Of a stretch of 64,000 bases of DNA, positions 40,705 to 51,845 are shown in pieces. Below the pieces are notes generated by a model. That model did not search any database. It was not told where the DNA came from and was given only the letters and a program-made list of their open reading frames with translations. The stretch is from positions 6,265 to 70,264 of the forward strand of contig CACEJE010000002.1 of NCBI GenBank assembly GCA_902559815.1, given 5' to 3'. Numbering within the stretch: the first letter of the stretch is position 1; each line of letters starts with the position of its first letter. A program made the position numbers and the translations under genes. Origin of the DNA: an uncultured Thiothrix sp. (GTDB lineage: Bacteria; Pseudomonadota; Gammaproteobacteria; Poriferisulfidales; GCA-002705445).

Positions 40705-43260
40705 TTATTTCTTTTTTCTTTTTTTTGATTTTCTTGTTCTTTTTTGAGAATGTTTACTTTTATTTACTTTATTATTCGTCTTATTAGAGATATTTTCAGA
40801 TTCATTATGTATTAAATTCAAATCTTGTTTTATTTCTTTTTTTTCATATGAGGCTTTATAATCTAATCTAAATAATAAGCTTATAAAACTATAATGCATA
40901 TTATTCTGCATTATTGAAAACATTTCAAATGCTTCTCTTTTATATTCTTGTTTTGGGTTTTTCTGAGCGTAACTTCTCAAACCTATACCCTGTCTTAAAT
41001 AATCCATTGATTGTATATGCTCTATCCAGCTTTTATCTACAATATTAATATATATTTCTTTTATGATTTCTAAATAAATTTCATCAGGAACTGTGCTCCT
41101 ACTATCATTAAAAATGGCTTTAGCCTGATCTAATAACTCTTCTATTGCTTCATTTTTTTTTGAAGATTCTTTAATAATCTTACTAGCATTAATTTGGATA
41201 TTAAAATCCCTCTGCAATATGTCATCTATATCATTTGTGGTTTCAGAATTTATACTTTCTTCCATTAAATTTGCAAATACCTCTTCAATTATTTCATTAG
41301 TTATTTTTATTCTATTTGTATCTTTTAGAAAATCGTTTCTTTTATTATATATATATTTTCTTTGCTCGTTAGCCACATCATCATAATCTAATAAATGCTT
41401 TCTAATATCAAAATTATGACCTTCAACTTTTTTTTGAGCGTTGCTAATAGCCCTTGTGACCCATTTATGTTCAATGGCTTCACCCTCTTCCATTCCAATT
41501 TTTTTCATAAACATACTTACTTTGTCTGATGCGAATATTCGCATTAAATTATCTTCTAAGGATAAATAAAATCTTGAAGAACCAGGGTCGCCTTGTCTGC
41601 CTGATCTTCCTCTTAGCTGATTATCAACTCTTCTTGATTCATGCCTCTCGGTTCCAATTACATGTAATCCACCAGATTCTTTTACTTTTTCATTCGATGT
41701 TGTCCACTCGGATTTTTTCTCGTCTTTTTTCCCACCTAAAACTATATCGGTGCCTCTACCTGCCATATTAGTTGCAATTGTCACGGTTCCCTCTGAGCCT
41801 GCATTTTCGATAATCATTGACTCTTTTTCATGTTGCTTTGCATTTAGTACATTGTGAGAAATATTTTGCTTCGTCAATGATTTTGATAAATATTCAGAGG
41901 ATTCAATTGAAGCAGTGCCGATTAAAACTGGCTGTTTATTTATTTGACAATTTTTTACGTCCTCTATTATTGCATCATACTTTTCTTTCATTGTTAGATA
42001 AACAAGATCGCTATAATCTTCTCTAATCATTTTCTTATGAGGTGGTATAACAACAACTTCTAATTTATAAATTTCTTGAAATTCTTGTGCCTCGGTATCT
42101 GCTGTACCTGTCATTCCTGCTAATTTTTTATATAGCCGAAAATAATTTTGAAACGTTATTGAAGCTAAGGTTTGATTTTCATTTTCAATCACTAAATTTT
42201 CTTTTGCTTCAATTGCTTGATGTAATCCATCACCCCACCTTCTTCCAGGCATTTTTCTTCCTGTAAACTCATCGATAATTATTACTTTTGAGTCTTCAAC
42301 AATATAGTCTACATCTTTTATAAATAAATAATGCGCTCTTAATCCGGTTCCAATGTAATGAAGTAAATTAATATTATTTGGATCATATAAACTTTCACTA
42401 GAATTTATTATTTTATTTTTTATTAATAATTTCTCATAAGTTTCATGACCATTTTCCGTTAAATATGCTTGCCTAGACTTTTCGTCTAAGAAAAAATCAC
42501 TTTGTAAATCATCTTCTTGACCTTCTTTCAAATTCTTTACTAATGCATTTATCTTTTTATAAAGTTTTGAGCTTTCGCTTGTAGCTCCAGATATTATTAA
42601 TGGGGTTCTTGCTTCATCTATTAAAATAGAATCAACTTCGTCGACTATGGCATACTCAAGATGGTTTTGTGTTTTTTCTTTAAGAGAATAAACCATATTA
42701 TCTCTTAAATAATCAAAGCCAAATTCATTATTTGTTCCATATATTATATCGGCCATATATGCATTCTTTTTGTCTTCAATATTTTGACCAGAAAAAACTA
42801 CACCTGTACTAAGCCCAAGAAAATTATATAAACTCGACATCCAGTTGCAATCTCTTTTTGCCAGATAATCGTTAACAGTTATTATATGAACACCATTGCC
42901 TGTTAAGGAGTTTAAATATGCAGGTAAAGTTGCTACAAGAGTTTTCCCTTCGCCTGTTTTCATTTCGGCAATCTTACCTTTGTGAAGCGCAATACCACCT
43001 AAAATTTGCTCATCAAAATGTCTCATTTTTAATGATCGTTCTGATGCTTCTCTTACTAATGCAAACGCGTATGGCAAAATATCTTCTAAAGTTTTTCCAT
43101 TTATATAGTCTGCTTTTAGCTTTTCAGTTATATCTTTAAAATCTTCATCTTTTATATTTCTAACTTCAGATGAAATTGCATTAACTTCTTTTAAGATTTT
43201 TTGATAATCTTTTAAAATTCTATCGTTTCTACTGCCAACAATTTTTTTTAAAAAATTCAT
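40705..43260 (-). CDS. secA: preprotein translocase ATPase SecA
   Basis: 851 aa with Walker A MKTGEGKTL, DEVDSILIDEARTPLIISG, and TNMAGRGTDI. Confidence 0.97.
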   Translation of the reverse strand: MNFLKKIVGSRNDRILKDYQKILKEVNAISSEVRNIKDEDFKDITEKLKADYINGKTLEDILPYAFALVREASERSLKMRHFDEQILGGIALHKGKIAEMKTGEGKTLVATLPAYLNSLTGNGVHIITVNDYLAKRDCNWMSSLYNFLGLSTGVVFSGQNIEDKKNAYMADIIYGTNNEFGFDYLRDNMVYSLKEKTQNHLEYAIVDEVDSILIDEARTPLIISGATSESSKLYKKINALVKNLKEGQEDDLQSDFFLDEKSRQAYLTENGHETYEKLLIKNKIINSSESLYDPNNINLLHYIGTGLRAHYLFIKDVDYIVEDSKVIIIDEFTGRKMPGRRWGDGLHQAIEAKENLVIENENQTLASITFQNYFRLYKKLAGMTGTADTEAQEFQEIYKLEVVVIPPHKKMIREDYSDLVYLTMKEKYDAIIEDVKNCQINKQPVLIGTASIESSEYLSKSLTKQNISHNVLNAKQHEKESMIIENAGSEGTVTIATNMAGRGTDIVLGGKKDEKKSEWTTSNEKVKESGGLHVIGTERHESRRVDNQLRGRSGRQGDPGSSRFYLSLEDNLMRIFASDKVSMFMKKIGMEEGEAIEHKWVTRAISNAQKKVEGHNFDIRKHLLDYDDVANEQRKYIYNKRNDFLKDTNRIKITNEIIEEVFANLMEESINSETTNDIDDILQRDFNIQINASKIIKESSKKNEAIEELLDQAKAIFNDSRSTVPDEIYLEIIKEIYINIVDKSWIEHIQSMDYLRQGIGLRSYAQKNPKQEYKREAFEMFSIMQNNMHYSFISLLFRLDYKASYEKKEIKQDLNLIHNESENISNKTNNKVNKSKHSQKRTRKSKKRKKK

Positions 43261-43281
43261 CCTGATAACTTAATAAAGCCC

Positions 43282-44211
43282 CTAGTTTTTTGAAAATCTT
43301 TCTTTGTAATGTATAAATTTATTTGGATTAATATGCTTATTATTTTTCAAAACTTCTAAATGAACGTGCGGTCCTGTTGAGTGTCCAGTTGACCCCATCT
43401 TTGCAATCGTTTGCCCTTTTTTAACGTACTCCCCTACCTTAACTAGATTCCTATTATTATGTGCGTACCTTGTTTTATAACCATTAATATGGCTTATTTC
43501 AACCAAATTTCCATATCCATATTTTTTACCTGAAAAGGTTACTTTACCTGCAGCTAACGACCTTATGTCTGTTTCTGTTTTGTGAGCTATATCAACGCCT
43601 TTGTGAAAATGTTCTTCTTTTGATATTGGGTTTAATCTTGTTCCATAATCTGAAGAAATATACCCTTTATTAGATGGTAAACCTGACGGAAAGAACTGTT
43701 CTTTCATTTCAAGATTATTAATAATTTTATAAACTTCAGCTAGATCCTGTTGTTTTGAATCTAAATCAATCAGCATTTTATCTAAATAATTTTCAAATTT
43801 AGAATCATATTCGAATTCAATATTAACTTTATTTTTACCACCTATGTATTTTGGTCTTCTAAAATCAAAATCTTTTTTATCTAGTTTTGCTAATTTTGAT
43901 AATTTATTACCTAAAGAATTTATATTTTCAATTTTAGATGAAATTGATATTAATTTTTGAGAAAAAAACTCCATATTTTCTTGGTTCTCTTCTTTAATAC
44001 GATTTATTTCATTTTCGTAATGACTTAAGTCTTGTATTCTGTCTTCATATAACTCTTTATAACCTTTTTTATAACCATACATGTATGATGATGATGCAAA
44101 CATTAATATTATAAAAGAACATAAAAATAATATAAATACGCCAAAAAATAATATATTTATTTTATATGATTTTGACTTGTTCTTATTTGATCGAAAAATT
44201 ATTATTTGCAT
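43282..44211 (-). CDS. M23-family metallopeptidase (membrane-anchored, coiled-coil)
   Basis: HKGVDIA and GSTGHSTGPHVHLEV zinc-ligand motifs, an N-terminal TM segment and a coiled-coil. Confidence 0.8.
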   Translation of the reverse strand: MQIIIFRSNKNKSKSYKINILFFGVFILFLCSFIILMFASSSYMYGYKKGYKELYEDRIQDLSHYENEINRIKEENQENMEFFSQKLISISSKIENINSLGNKLSKLAKLDKKDFDFRRPKYIGGKNKVNIEFEYDSKFENYLDKMLIDLDSKQQDLAEVYKIINNLEMKEQFFPSGLPSNKGYISSDYGTRLNPISKEEHFHKGVDIAHKTETDIRSLAAGKVTFSGKKYGYGNLVEISHINGYKTRYAHNNRNLVKVGEYVKKGQTIAKMGSTGHSTGPHVHLEVLKNNKHINPNKFIHYKERFSKN

Positions 44212-44232
44212 TTTATGTAAATTTTATTAAAG

Positions 44233-44565
44233 ATGAACATTATACAACTTATTTTTAGTAAAAAATTATATATTATGAAAAAAATTTCTAAACAAATAGA
44301 TATTAGTATATTAGAGAAAGCTAAAATACTAGGATCTATTAATAGATATCTATCAAAATATGAATCCATTAAAGATAAGTGCTTTGCTTGCAATATAATC
44401 AATAACACCCTTATTGTGGGTACAATCGATAGTTCAGCACTTAATTTATTGCGAAATTATCATAGAGAAATACTAAAAGATGTAAATTCAGAAATGAATG
44501 AATTACTAGGCATTAAACTGAATAAAGTTAGATTTAAAATTATTAAAAATCCTAAAATGAATTAA
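44233..44565 (+). CDS. DUF721-family protein (family that includes DciA)
   Basis: Small basic protein with a DUF721-like core (..[29 protein letters not shown]). The position between the M23 gene and lpxC matches my recollection of Pseudomonas. The start may be ATG at 44275. Confidence 0.5.
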   Translation: MNIIQLIFSKKLYIMKKISKQIDISILEKAKILGSINRYLSKYESIKDKCFACNIINNTLIVGTIDSSALNLLRNYHREILKDVNSEMNELLGIKLNKVRFKIIKNPKMN

Positions 44566-45485
44566 AAATCTGCAGTACTGTATGCATCCATATAATTAAT
44601 TGGTAATTCTTCTGAGGTTTTATAACCTACTTCTTCCCAAGCATCTTGGTTTTCTATTAACTTTCTCAATAATTTATTATTTAAATCATGTCCTGATTTA
44701 TATCCTTCAAAAGATCCTATTAAACTTTTGCCTAGTAGGTATAGATCACCGACTGCATCAAGTATTTTATGTTTAACAAACTCATCTTCATATCTCAAGC
44801 CATCCGCATTCAATACTCTGTGATCATCAACAACAACTGCATTATCTAAACTACCACCAAGCGCTAGATTCTTTGATCTTAATAATTCAACATCTCTCAT
44901 AAAACCAAAAGTCCTTGCTCTACTTACTTCTTTAACATAAGAAACAGTAGAAAAATCCAGAACAGCTTTATGAGTTTTATCTTGAAAAACAGGATGGTCA
45001 AATCCAATTGTAAAAGCAACTTTAAAACCATCAAATGGTGCAAATTTTACCCACTTCCCAGTTTCTTCATCTTTAACTTCAATTGGTTTTAAAATTCTAA
45101 TAAATTTTTTAGGTTTTTTCTGTTCTTTGATGCCAGCTGACTGAAGAAGGAATACAAATGGCCCAGCACTCCCGTCCATTATCGGAACTTCTGGCCCATC
45201 TAAATTTACAAATAAATTGTCAATACCAAGTCCTGCTATTGCTGATAATAAATGCTCAACTGTAGAAACTTTAATATTGTTCAAAATTAACGTTGTTGAT
45301 AATGTTGTATCTCCAACATTCTCAGGGCAAGCTTTAATATTTATTTTATTATCTAAATCTGTTCGAGTAAAAATAATACCTGTTTCCGCAGGTGCAGGAT
45401 TTAAAGATAAAGTAATCTTTTTACCTGTATGAAGTCCAATTCCAGTAGCTTTTATTGAATTCTTAATTGTTCTTTGATTTATCAT
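44562..45485 (-). CDS. lpxC: UDP-3-O-acyl-N-acetylglucosamine deacetylase
   Basis: MI.QRT...... GIGLHTGK N-terminus, TVEHLLSA, and HK.LD..GDL motifs. Confidence 0.95.
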   Translation of the reverse strand: MINQRTIKNSIKATGIGLHTGKKITLSLNPAPAETGIIFTRTDLDNKINIKACPENVGDTTLSTTLILNNIKVSTVEHLLSAIAGLGIDNLFVNLDGPEVPIMDGSAGPFVFLLQSAGIKEQKKPKKFIRILKPIEVKDEETGKWVKFAPFDGFKVAFTIGFDHPVFQDKTHKAVLDFSTVSYVKEVSRARTFGFMRDVELLRSKNLALGGSLDNAVVVDDHRVLNADGLRYEDEFVKHKILDAVGDLYLLGKSLIGSFEGYKSGHDLNNKLLRKLIENQDAWEEVGYKTSEELPINYMDAYSTADF

Positions 45486-45611
45486 TAAAATTTTTTTCTT
45501 ATTTTTCTATTGTTAATTATACAGCATTTTCTTCTTTAATACGAATAAAGCCTATAACCTAATGATTATATGCATTTTTTGTGCCAATTCTATTGAAAAA
45601 TAAGATTTTTT

Positions 45612-46838
45612 TCAATTATAAAATAATTTCTTAAGAAATTTTTTAGCAACAAAAATGAAATCCTCATTAAGTTGCTTGCTTTGAGTATTATTTTTACTTT
45701 GAGCATATAACAAAAGGCCAACACAAGTTGAATATTCCGGATTTTTTACAATTTCTTCGGAACCACCATATATAAATTGTGGCACACCTATTCTAGCTTG
45801 TTTATGAAATACCTCTTCAGCAAGATCTACTAATCCTACCGCTTTAGAGCTCCCACCTGTTAAAACAATACCTGCAGGGATAACTTCTTCAAAACCACTT
45901 TGTTGAATTTTTTCATTTACAAAATTAAAAATTTCTCTATATCTTAAACTCATAACTTCAACAAGCGTATATCTTTGAACGGATCGTGCTGGTCTATCTC
46001 CAACACCAGGAACCTCTATAATATCATCAGAAGAGAATTCATTTGCTATACAACCCTGCGTTATTTTTAAATCTTCAGCATTATATGTTGAGGTTTTTAA
46101 TGCTTGAGCAAGATCATTTGTTACCTGGTCTCCTCCTAAAGATAATGAGGCTGTATATTCAATCGCTCCATTTCTAAATATTGCAATGTCTGTAGTTCCT
46201 CCGCCTATATCAACTAAACAAACACCTAAATCTTTTTCATCATTCGTAAGTACTGATAAACTTGATGCAAGTTGCTCTAAAACAACACCTTGAGGCTCTT
46301 TGCCACATTTTTTTATGCATTTTTCAATATTATCTCTAGCGTTTTTAGCGCCCGTAACTAAATGATATCTTCCGTCAATAGCAATCCCAGACATCCCTAA
46401 TGGAACTTTTATTCCATCTTGCCCGTCAATCTCATAATCTTTTGCCAATACGTGAAGTATTTCCTGGTCGCTTGATAAGGTTATAGCTTTTGCAGATTCC
46501 TCTACAGACTTTAAATCTTGATCTGAAACTTCTTTATGATCAGAAATTGCTGCTCTTCCTGTAGCATTAAAACTTTGAATATGATTACCTGATATGCTCA
46601 CATACATAGATTTTATTTCATGACCACACAATAATTCAGCATCTTCAATAGCTTTTTCAATTGATTGCACAGTGGCATTAATATCAATTACCACACCGCG
46701 CTTCATTCCCAGTGACTTTGATCTTCCAACGCCAAGAAAATCGATCTCGCTATCATCGTTCACTTGCCCGACTATTGTTTTTACATAAGAAGTACCTATA
46801 TCTAAGCCGACAATTAAATTTTTATCATTTTTAACCAT
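45612..46838 (-). CDS. ftsA: cell division protein FtsA
   Basis: Actin-fold motifs (GLDIGTS, DIGGGTTD, LTGG) and a C-terminal amphipathic helix FVAKKFLKKLF. Confidence 0.95.
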   Translation of the reverse strand: MVKNDKNLIVGLDIGTSYVKTIVGQVNDDSEIDFLGVGRSKSLGMKRGVVIDINATVQSIEKAIEDAELLCGHEIKSMYVSISGNHIQSFNATGRAAISDHKEVSDQDLKSVEESAKAITLSSDQEILHVLAKDYEIDGQDGIKVPLGMSGIAIDGRYHLVTGAKNARDNIEKCIKKCGKEPQGVVLEQLASSLSVLTNDEKDLGVCLVDIGGGTTDIAIFRNGAIEYTASLSLGGDQVTNDLAQALKTSTYNAEDLKITQGCIANEFSSDDIIEVPGVGDRPARSVQRYTLVEVMSLRYREIFNFVNEKIQQSGFEEVIPAGIVLTGGSSKAVGLVDLAEEVFHKQARIGVPQFIYGGSEEIVKNPEYSTCVGLLLYAQSKNNTQSKQLNEDFIFVAKKFLKKLFYN

Positions 46839-46847
46839 AATTTTATT

Positions 46848-47537
46848 TTATTTCCATCCTACCGAAAATCCATTTGAATATCTCATATCAATATACCCGA
46901 TTTTATCTAAATCGCTACTATTTAGTTGATCGTATATTTTAAAAAACATATTAATTCTCTCATTGATATTTTGAGATCCAAGTTTAATAGTAATGCCGGA
47001 AGATAGTATAATTTTTAAAGATCTGATATCGTTTTCAGAAACAACCAAAACTTTACTATCAATATTATTTTTAAGTAGATTTGAATTAAAAAGATTATAA
47101 TATCTATAGATAGCATAATTTCTATCATCTTGTGCAAATAATTTAGGTAAAATCTTGTCAATTTTATCTACAAAGAATTTATCTCCGTTAATATTAAGGT
47201 AACTATTATTATTAAATATAGCTTTAGGAATATACTCCTGTACATAAATTTTTATCTCATCAGGGTATACTCTTCTCACATTAGCATTTTTAATCCATTC
47301 AATTTTTTCAAGCTGTTCCTTTAAAGCATCAATTTTGAAATTAAAAAAAGATTTATGTAATAAGTAATTTTTTGCTAGGTTAAATATTTTACTTTTATTA
47401 GCATTAATAATTTTTGTTTCTATTGTAATTTTTTTTATTGGAAAAACCACCTGCATATCATTTGCTTTATAAAAGGAGTAAATTAAAAGTACTACTGCGA
47501 TTATAGATATTATTATAAAAAAAATTTTTTTTGTCAT
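46848..47537 (-). CDS. ftsQ: cell division protein FtsQ
   Basis: Bitopic protein with a POTRA-like region (V.R.YPD...I.V.E). Position between ddl and ftsA. Confidence 0.75.
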   Translation of the reverse strand: MTKKIFFIIISIIAVVLLIYSFYKANDMQVVFPIKKITIETKIINANKSKIFNLAKNYLLHKSFFNFKIDALKEQLEKIEWIKNANVRRVYPDEIKIYVQEYIPKAIFNNNSYLNINGDKFFVDKIDKILPKLFAQDDRNYAIYRYYNLFNSNLLKNNIDSKVLVVSENDIRSLKIILSSGITIKLGSQNINERINMFFKIYDQLNSSDLDKIGYIDMRYSNGFSVGWK

Positions 47538-47542
47538 AGCAT

Positions 47543-48457
47543 TTAATTTGCGAATGATGTATCTAATATATTTAATACTAAATTATTAAAATCTATATTA
47601 ATCTGTTGTGCAGCCATTGGTACTAAACTTTTTTTAGTCATACCTGGCACTGTATTTAATTCTATCACCCAAGATTTTCCACTCTTATCTATAATTAAAT
47701 CTACCCTTCCCCATCCAGTGCAATTTAAAGCTTTAAAGCATTGTAATGATTGAGCTTTGACGCTATTTTCTAAAGTTTTTTCAAGTTCTGATGGACATAA
47801 ATATTGTGTCTCTGATGATTTATATTTTGCATTAAAATCATAAAATTTTCCTGGTGGGATTAACTTTATAACAGGAAGTGCTCTATCGTGAAGAATACCC
47901 ACTGTATATTCAATCCCATCTATATATTCTTCTATAAGAATATCATTGCTAATTAATTTGTTATCTTTAATTGCTTGATGAAAATCTTGTCTGTTTTCAA
48001 CAATATTTACTCCTATACTTGATCCTTCCGAAGAGGGCTTGACAATAAAAGGGTATTTGAATATTTTTTCAAGATCTTCGATATCATCTTTATTGTCAAA
48101 TTTTTTGTAAAATGGTGTAGATATATTGTTGTCTAATAAAATATCTTTTGAGATTCTTTTATTCATACATATTTTTGAAGCGTTACTCCCACTTCCTGTA
48201 TATGGTATATTTAAATTATCTAAAAATAATTGAATTTCTCCATCCTCGCCACCTTTGCCGTGTAAGATAATGAAAACTCTATCAGGATTTATTTGTTTTA
48301 TTTCATGAAGATTATCTTTATTTAAATCAAAACTTATAGCGTTAACACCAGATGATATTAAAGACTCCAAAACATATTTACCTGATATCAAAGATATCTC
48401 ACGTTCGTTTGACCAACCACCCATTAAAACAAGAACTTTTCCATACTTTTTTTTCAT
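47543..48457 (-). CDS. ddl: D-alanine--D-alanine ligase
   Basis: 304 aa, ATP-grasp fold, with HG..GEDG and EYT motifs and C-terminal E.NT.PG.T. Confidence 0.92.
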   Translation of the reverse strand: MKKKYGKVLVLMGGWSNEREISLISGKYVLESLISSGVNAISFDLNKDNLHEIKQINPDRVFIILHGKGGEDGEIQLFLDNLNIPYTGSGSNASKICMNKRISKDILLDNNISTPFYKKFDNKDDIEDLEKIFKYPFIVKPSSEGSSIGVNIVENRQDFHQAIKDNKLISNDILIEEYIDGIEYTVGILHDRALPVIKLIPPGKFYDFNAKYKSSETQYLCPSELEKTLENSVKAQSLQCFKALNCTGWGRVDLIIDKSGKSWVIELNTVPGMTKKSLVPMAAQQINIDFNNLVLNILDTSFAN

Positions 48458-49353
48458 TTCTTATTACCAATAAATTTTACTTCAGTTTCTAAAAAAATAT
48501 TTTTCTCTTGATAGACTTTTTTTTGAATAAAATCTATTAATTTCTCAATATCATCTGACTGAGTATTTTTTTCTGATATTATAAAATTTGCATGTTTCTC
48601 TGAAATACATGCTCCACCTATTTTATAGCCTTTTAAGTCAAGTGAATCTATTAAATTTGCAGCATGTGCATTATCCGGGTTTTTAAAAACTGATCCGCAA
48701 CTTGGCAGTCCAGTTGGTTGTTTAGCTCTTCTATCCTCTAAGTATTCTTTTATTTTTTCCATCGAATTTGATAATTTATTTTTTTGTAAAATAAAATTTG
48801 CACTTATAAAATAATTATTTTCTTTAATATTTACATTTCTATAGCCAATATCAAACTCTTTTTTATTTCTACAGCTAATATTTCCATTCTTATCGATTAT
48901 ATTTACTGTGGAAATATTTTCCCAAATATTTCCACCATAGCATCCTGCATTCATTACAAGCGCCCCACCTAATGATCCTGGTATTCCGCAAAGAAATTCT
49001 AATCCGGTAAAATTTTCTTTAGCAGTAATCTGAGCAATTTTCATGCAAGATAAGCCAGCTTCAAAAATAAACTCACCATTTTTTAATATTTTATAGTTTT
49101 TTAAAGTGTTTTTTAGACATATTACACAACCTTTAATTCCACCATCTCTTACTAGCACATTACTTCCATTGCCCAAAAAAGTAATATCTAAATCATTTTG
49201 TAATAATAAAAAATTTTGAAGATCATTGACATCAAGTGGTTCAAAAAATAATTCAGCATTTCCACCAATTTTCCAGGTATTATAACCTTTCAAAGATACA
49301 TTTTTTCTTAGTTTTCCTTTTATTTTTTTTTCAATTTTTTCGATATTTTTCAT
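48454..49353 (-). CDS. murB: UDP-N-acetylenolpyruvoylglucosamine reductase
   Basis: FAD-binding domain (LG.GSN.L) and the GS.FKNP motif. Confidence 0.9.
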   Translation of the reverse strand: MKNIEKIEKKIKGKLRKNVSLKGYNTWKIGGNAELFFEPLDVNDLQNFLLLQNDLDITFLGNGSNVLVRDGGIKGCVICLKNTLKNYKILKNGEFIFEAGLSCMKIAQITAKENFTGLEFLCGIPGSLGGALVMNAGCYGGNIWENISTVNIIDKNGNISCRNKKEFDIGYRNVNIKENNYFISANFILQKNKLSNSMEKIKEYLEDRRAKQPTGLPSCGSVFKNPDNAHAANLIDSLDLKGYKIGGACISEKHANFIISEKNTQSDDIEKLIDFIQKKVYQEKNIFLETEVKFIGNKK

Positions 49354-50759
49354 GATTTTATTTGATGAAAGTTTTTATAATAATTAACAAATTTTGAGAT
49401 ATTCCCTGCGCCCATTGTTAATAAAATACTATCTTGTGTTATAGCTTTATTAATATACTGTATTAAATCCTCATTTTCGTTTAGCAATACAAATTCATTA
49501 TTATATTTTTTTAGTTCAGTAATCAAAGCTTTAGATGTAATATTTTCAATAGGTTCTTCATTTGCGGGATAAATGTCCATTATAGCTAGATCATCAACAT
49601 TCTTTAAAATTTCTATAAATTGACTAAAGTGTTCAGCTGTTCTCGAATATCTATGTGGTTGAAAGATCATAACAATTTTTTTGTTTTCCCAAACATTTTT
49701 TATAGTATTAAGAACTTCTTTCATTTCTGACGGATGGTGTCCATAATCATCTACCCAAGAAAAAACTTTATTATCTATTTCTATATTCTTAATAATTTCA
49801 AATCTTCTATTTATTCCAGGAAAATTTTTGAAAGATTTTTGAATGGTTTTTATTGGTACATTTATTTCTCTTGCTATAGCCAAAGCTGCTAAAGAATTTA
49901 AAATATTATGCTCACCTGGCATATTTAGTTGCATCTCGTATTCTTTGTTGTTCTCAGTATAGGTATATTTTGCTGAAATATCTGTGAGAACAGTTGATGA
50001 TGCGATGTAATCAGCTTCTACATCTATTCCAAACGTTTTAATAGGCCTAGATATTTTATTTATCACAGATAGTGTGTTTATGTCACCTTTATTCAATAAA
50101 CATAAGCCATAAAACGGCAAATTATTTATAAATTCTATAAAATTTTTTTTAAGTACATCAAAGCTATTATCATGGTTTTCTAAATGGTCTTTATCAATAT
50201 TAGTTACTAAGGATATCATTGGCTGAAGATGTAAGAATGATGCATCGCTTTCATCTGCTTCTGCTACCAAATAATCACCTGAACCCAATTTTGCATTACT
50301 TAAATTTATTATTTTTCCACCTATAATATAAGTTGGATCATAATTTGCTTCACTTAAAATATGAGAAAGAATTGACGTTGTAGTTGTTTTCCCATGTGTG
50401 CCAGCAATGGCAATACCATAACTAAATTTCATTAGTTCTGCTAACATTTCAGCTCTTTTCAACACAGGTATATTTAATTCTTTCGCATATACATACTCGA
50501 TGTTATCTTTTTTTATTGCGCTAGATATAACTACTACATCTTTTGATAAAATATTATCTTTATTATGTCCAATTGAAATTTTTATATCTTTTTGTATCAA
50601 CGCATCGGTAGTCCTGGATGAATTCATATCCGAACCTGAAATAATATAACCCATATCATTTAGTATTGATGCAATGCCAGACATTCCACTGCCGCCTATT
50701 CCAATAAAATGAATATTTTTTACTCGCATCATTAACTTATTTTTTAGATCATTTTTCAT
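49350..50759 (-). CDS. murC: UDP-N-acetylmuramate--L-alanine ligase
   Basis: IHFIGIGGSGMSGIA N-terminus and Mur ligase P-loop GTHGKTTT. Confidence 0.92.
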   Translation of the reverse strand: MKNDLKNKLMMRVKNIHFIGIGGSGMSGIASILNDMGYIISGSDMNSSRTTDALIQKDIKISIGHNKDNILSKDVVVISSAIKKDNIEYVYAKELNIPVLKRAEMLAELMKFSYGIAIAGTHGKTTTTSILSHILSEANYDPTYIIGGKIINLSNAKLGSGDYLVAEADESDASFLHLQPMISLVTNIDKDHLENHDNSFDVLKKNFIEFINNLPFYGLCLLNKGDINTLSVINKISRPIKTFGIDVEADYIASSTVLTDISAKYTYTENNKEYEMQLNMPGEHNILNSLAALAIAREINVPIKTIQKSFKNFPGINRRFEIIKNIEIDNKVFSWVDDYGHHPSEMKEVLNTIKNVWENKKIVMIFQPHRYSRTAEHFSQFIEILKNVDDLAIMDIYPANEEPIENITSKALITELKKYNNEFVLLNENEDLIQYINKAITQDSILLTMGAGNISKFVNYYKNFHQIKS

Positions 50760-50766
50760 GAGATGA

Positions 50767-51837
50767 TTAATTTATTCCTTTAATAATAGCTTCGCATATT
50801 TTTTTTGTTGCATCACTTTTGTTAAGTTTAGATATATTTTTTGAAAGTTTTTCTTCTAATTCACTATTATTAATAAAAGACTCTAGTGTATTAGCTAAAT
50901 GTACATCTGTAAAAAATTTCTGATTAATAACTATAGCAGCATCATTTTCTTCTAGATATCTACTATTTTTCATTTGATGATCATCTACAGCATATGGGTA
51001 AGGTATTATTATTGAAGGAATACCTAGATTCATTATTTCTGTAATTGTTAATGCCCCACCCCTGCATATTATAATATCGCACCATTTATATGCATCAATC
51101 ATGGGATCAATAAATTCTTTTAAATCTATATTAATTTGAAATTTTTTATATTGAGAGTTGGCAACTTCATATGTTTTTCCTGTTTGGTGCATTACATTTA
51201 TTTCATAGTCTAGATTTTGTTTTAGAATATATATTGCCTTTGGCACTATATCGTTAAATATTTTTGCACCTAAGCTACCACCTACAACTAAAATATTTAT
51301 TTTACCTTTTATTACCTTATTTTTTTTTATATTTATTTTTTCATATCTTGATGGATTACCAAGATATATGTACTTTTTATTTTTTACCTTCATTGGAAAC
51401 CCAAGAATAATTTTTTTAGATATAAATCTTAAAATATTATTAGTTAATCCAAATATTATATTTTGCTCATGTGTAATTATCGGTATTCTTAATATGTAAG
51501 ATGCTATTGCACAAGGAAAGCTTATATAGCCTCCCATAGATAAGACAATATTTGGTTTATTTTTTAATAATATTTTTAAAGCTTGGATTGTTCCTACTGC
51601 TAACATCAAGGGTAACTTTATATAAGATTTCAAGCCTTTACCTCGTATACCAGAAAATTTTATATAGTTAATAGGTATTTCAGATTCACCGATTATTTTT
51701 TTTTCAATACCATGTTTTGTTCCAATCCATATTATATCTACATCTTGTTTTATCAATTCTCTTGCAATTGATAATCCTGGGTACACATGTCCACCTGTAC
51801 CTGCAGCAAAAATCGCGACTTTATGTTTGTTATTCAT
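50767..51837 (-). CDS. murG: undecaprenyldiphospho-muramoylpentapeptide beta-N-acetylglucosaminyltransferase
   Basis: AGTGGH..P N-terminal motif and GT28 family layout. Confidence 0.9.
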   Translation of the reverse strand: MNNKHKVAIFAAGTGGHVYPGLSIARELIKQDVDIIWIGTKHGIEKKIIGESEIPINYIKFSGIRGKGLKSYIKLPLMLAVGTIQALKILLKNKPNIVLSMGGYISFPCAIASYILRIPIITHEQNIIFGLTNNILRFISKKIILGFPMKVKNKKYIYLGNPSRYEKINIKKNKVIKGKINILVVGGSLGAKIFNDIVPKAIYILKQNLDYEINVMHQTGKTYEVANSQYKKFQINIDLKEFIDPMIDAYKWCDIIICRGGALTITEIMNLGIPSIIIPYPYAVDDHQMKNSRYLEENDAAIVINQKFFTDVHLANTLESFINNSELEEKLSKNISKLNKSDATKKICEAIIKGIN

Positions 51838-51845
51838 ACGTTATT

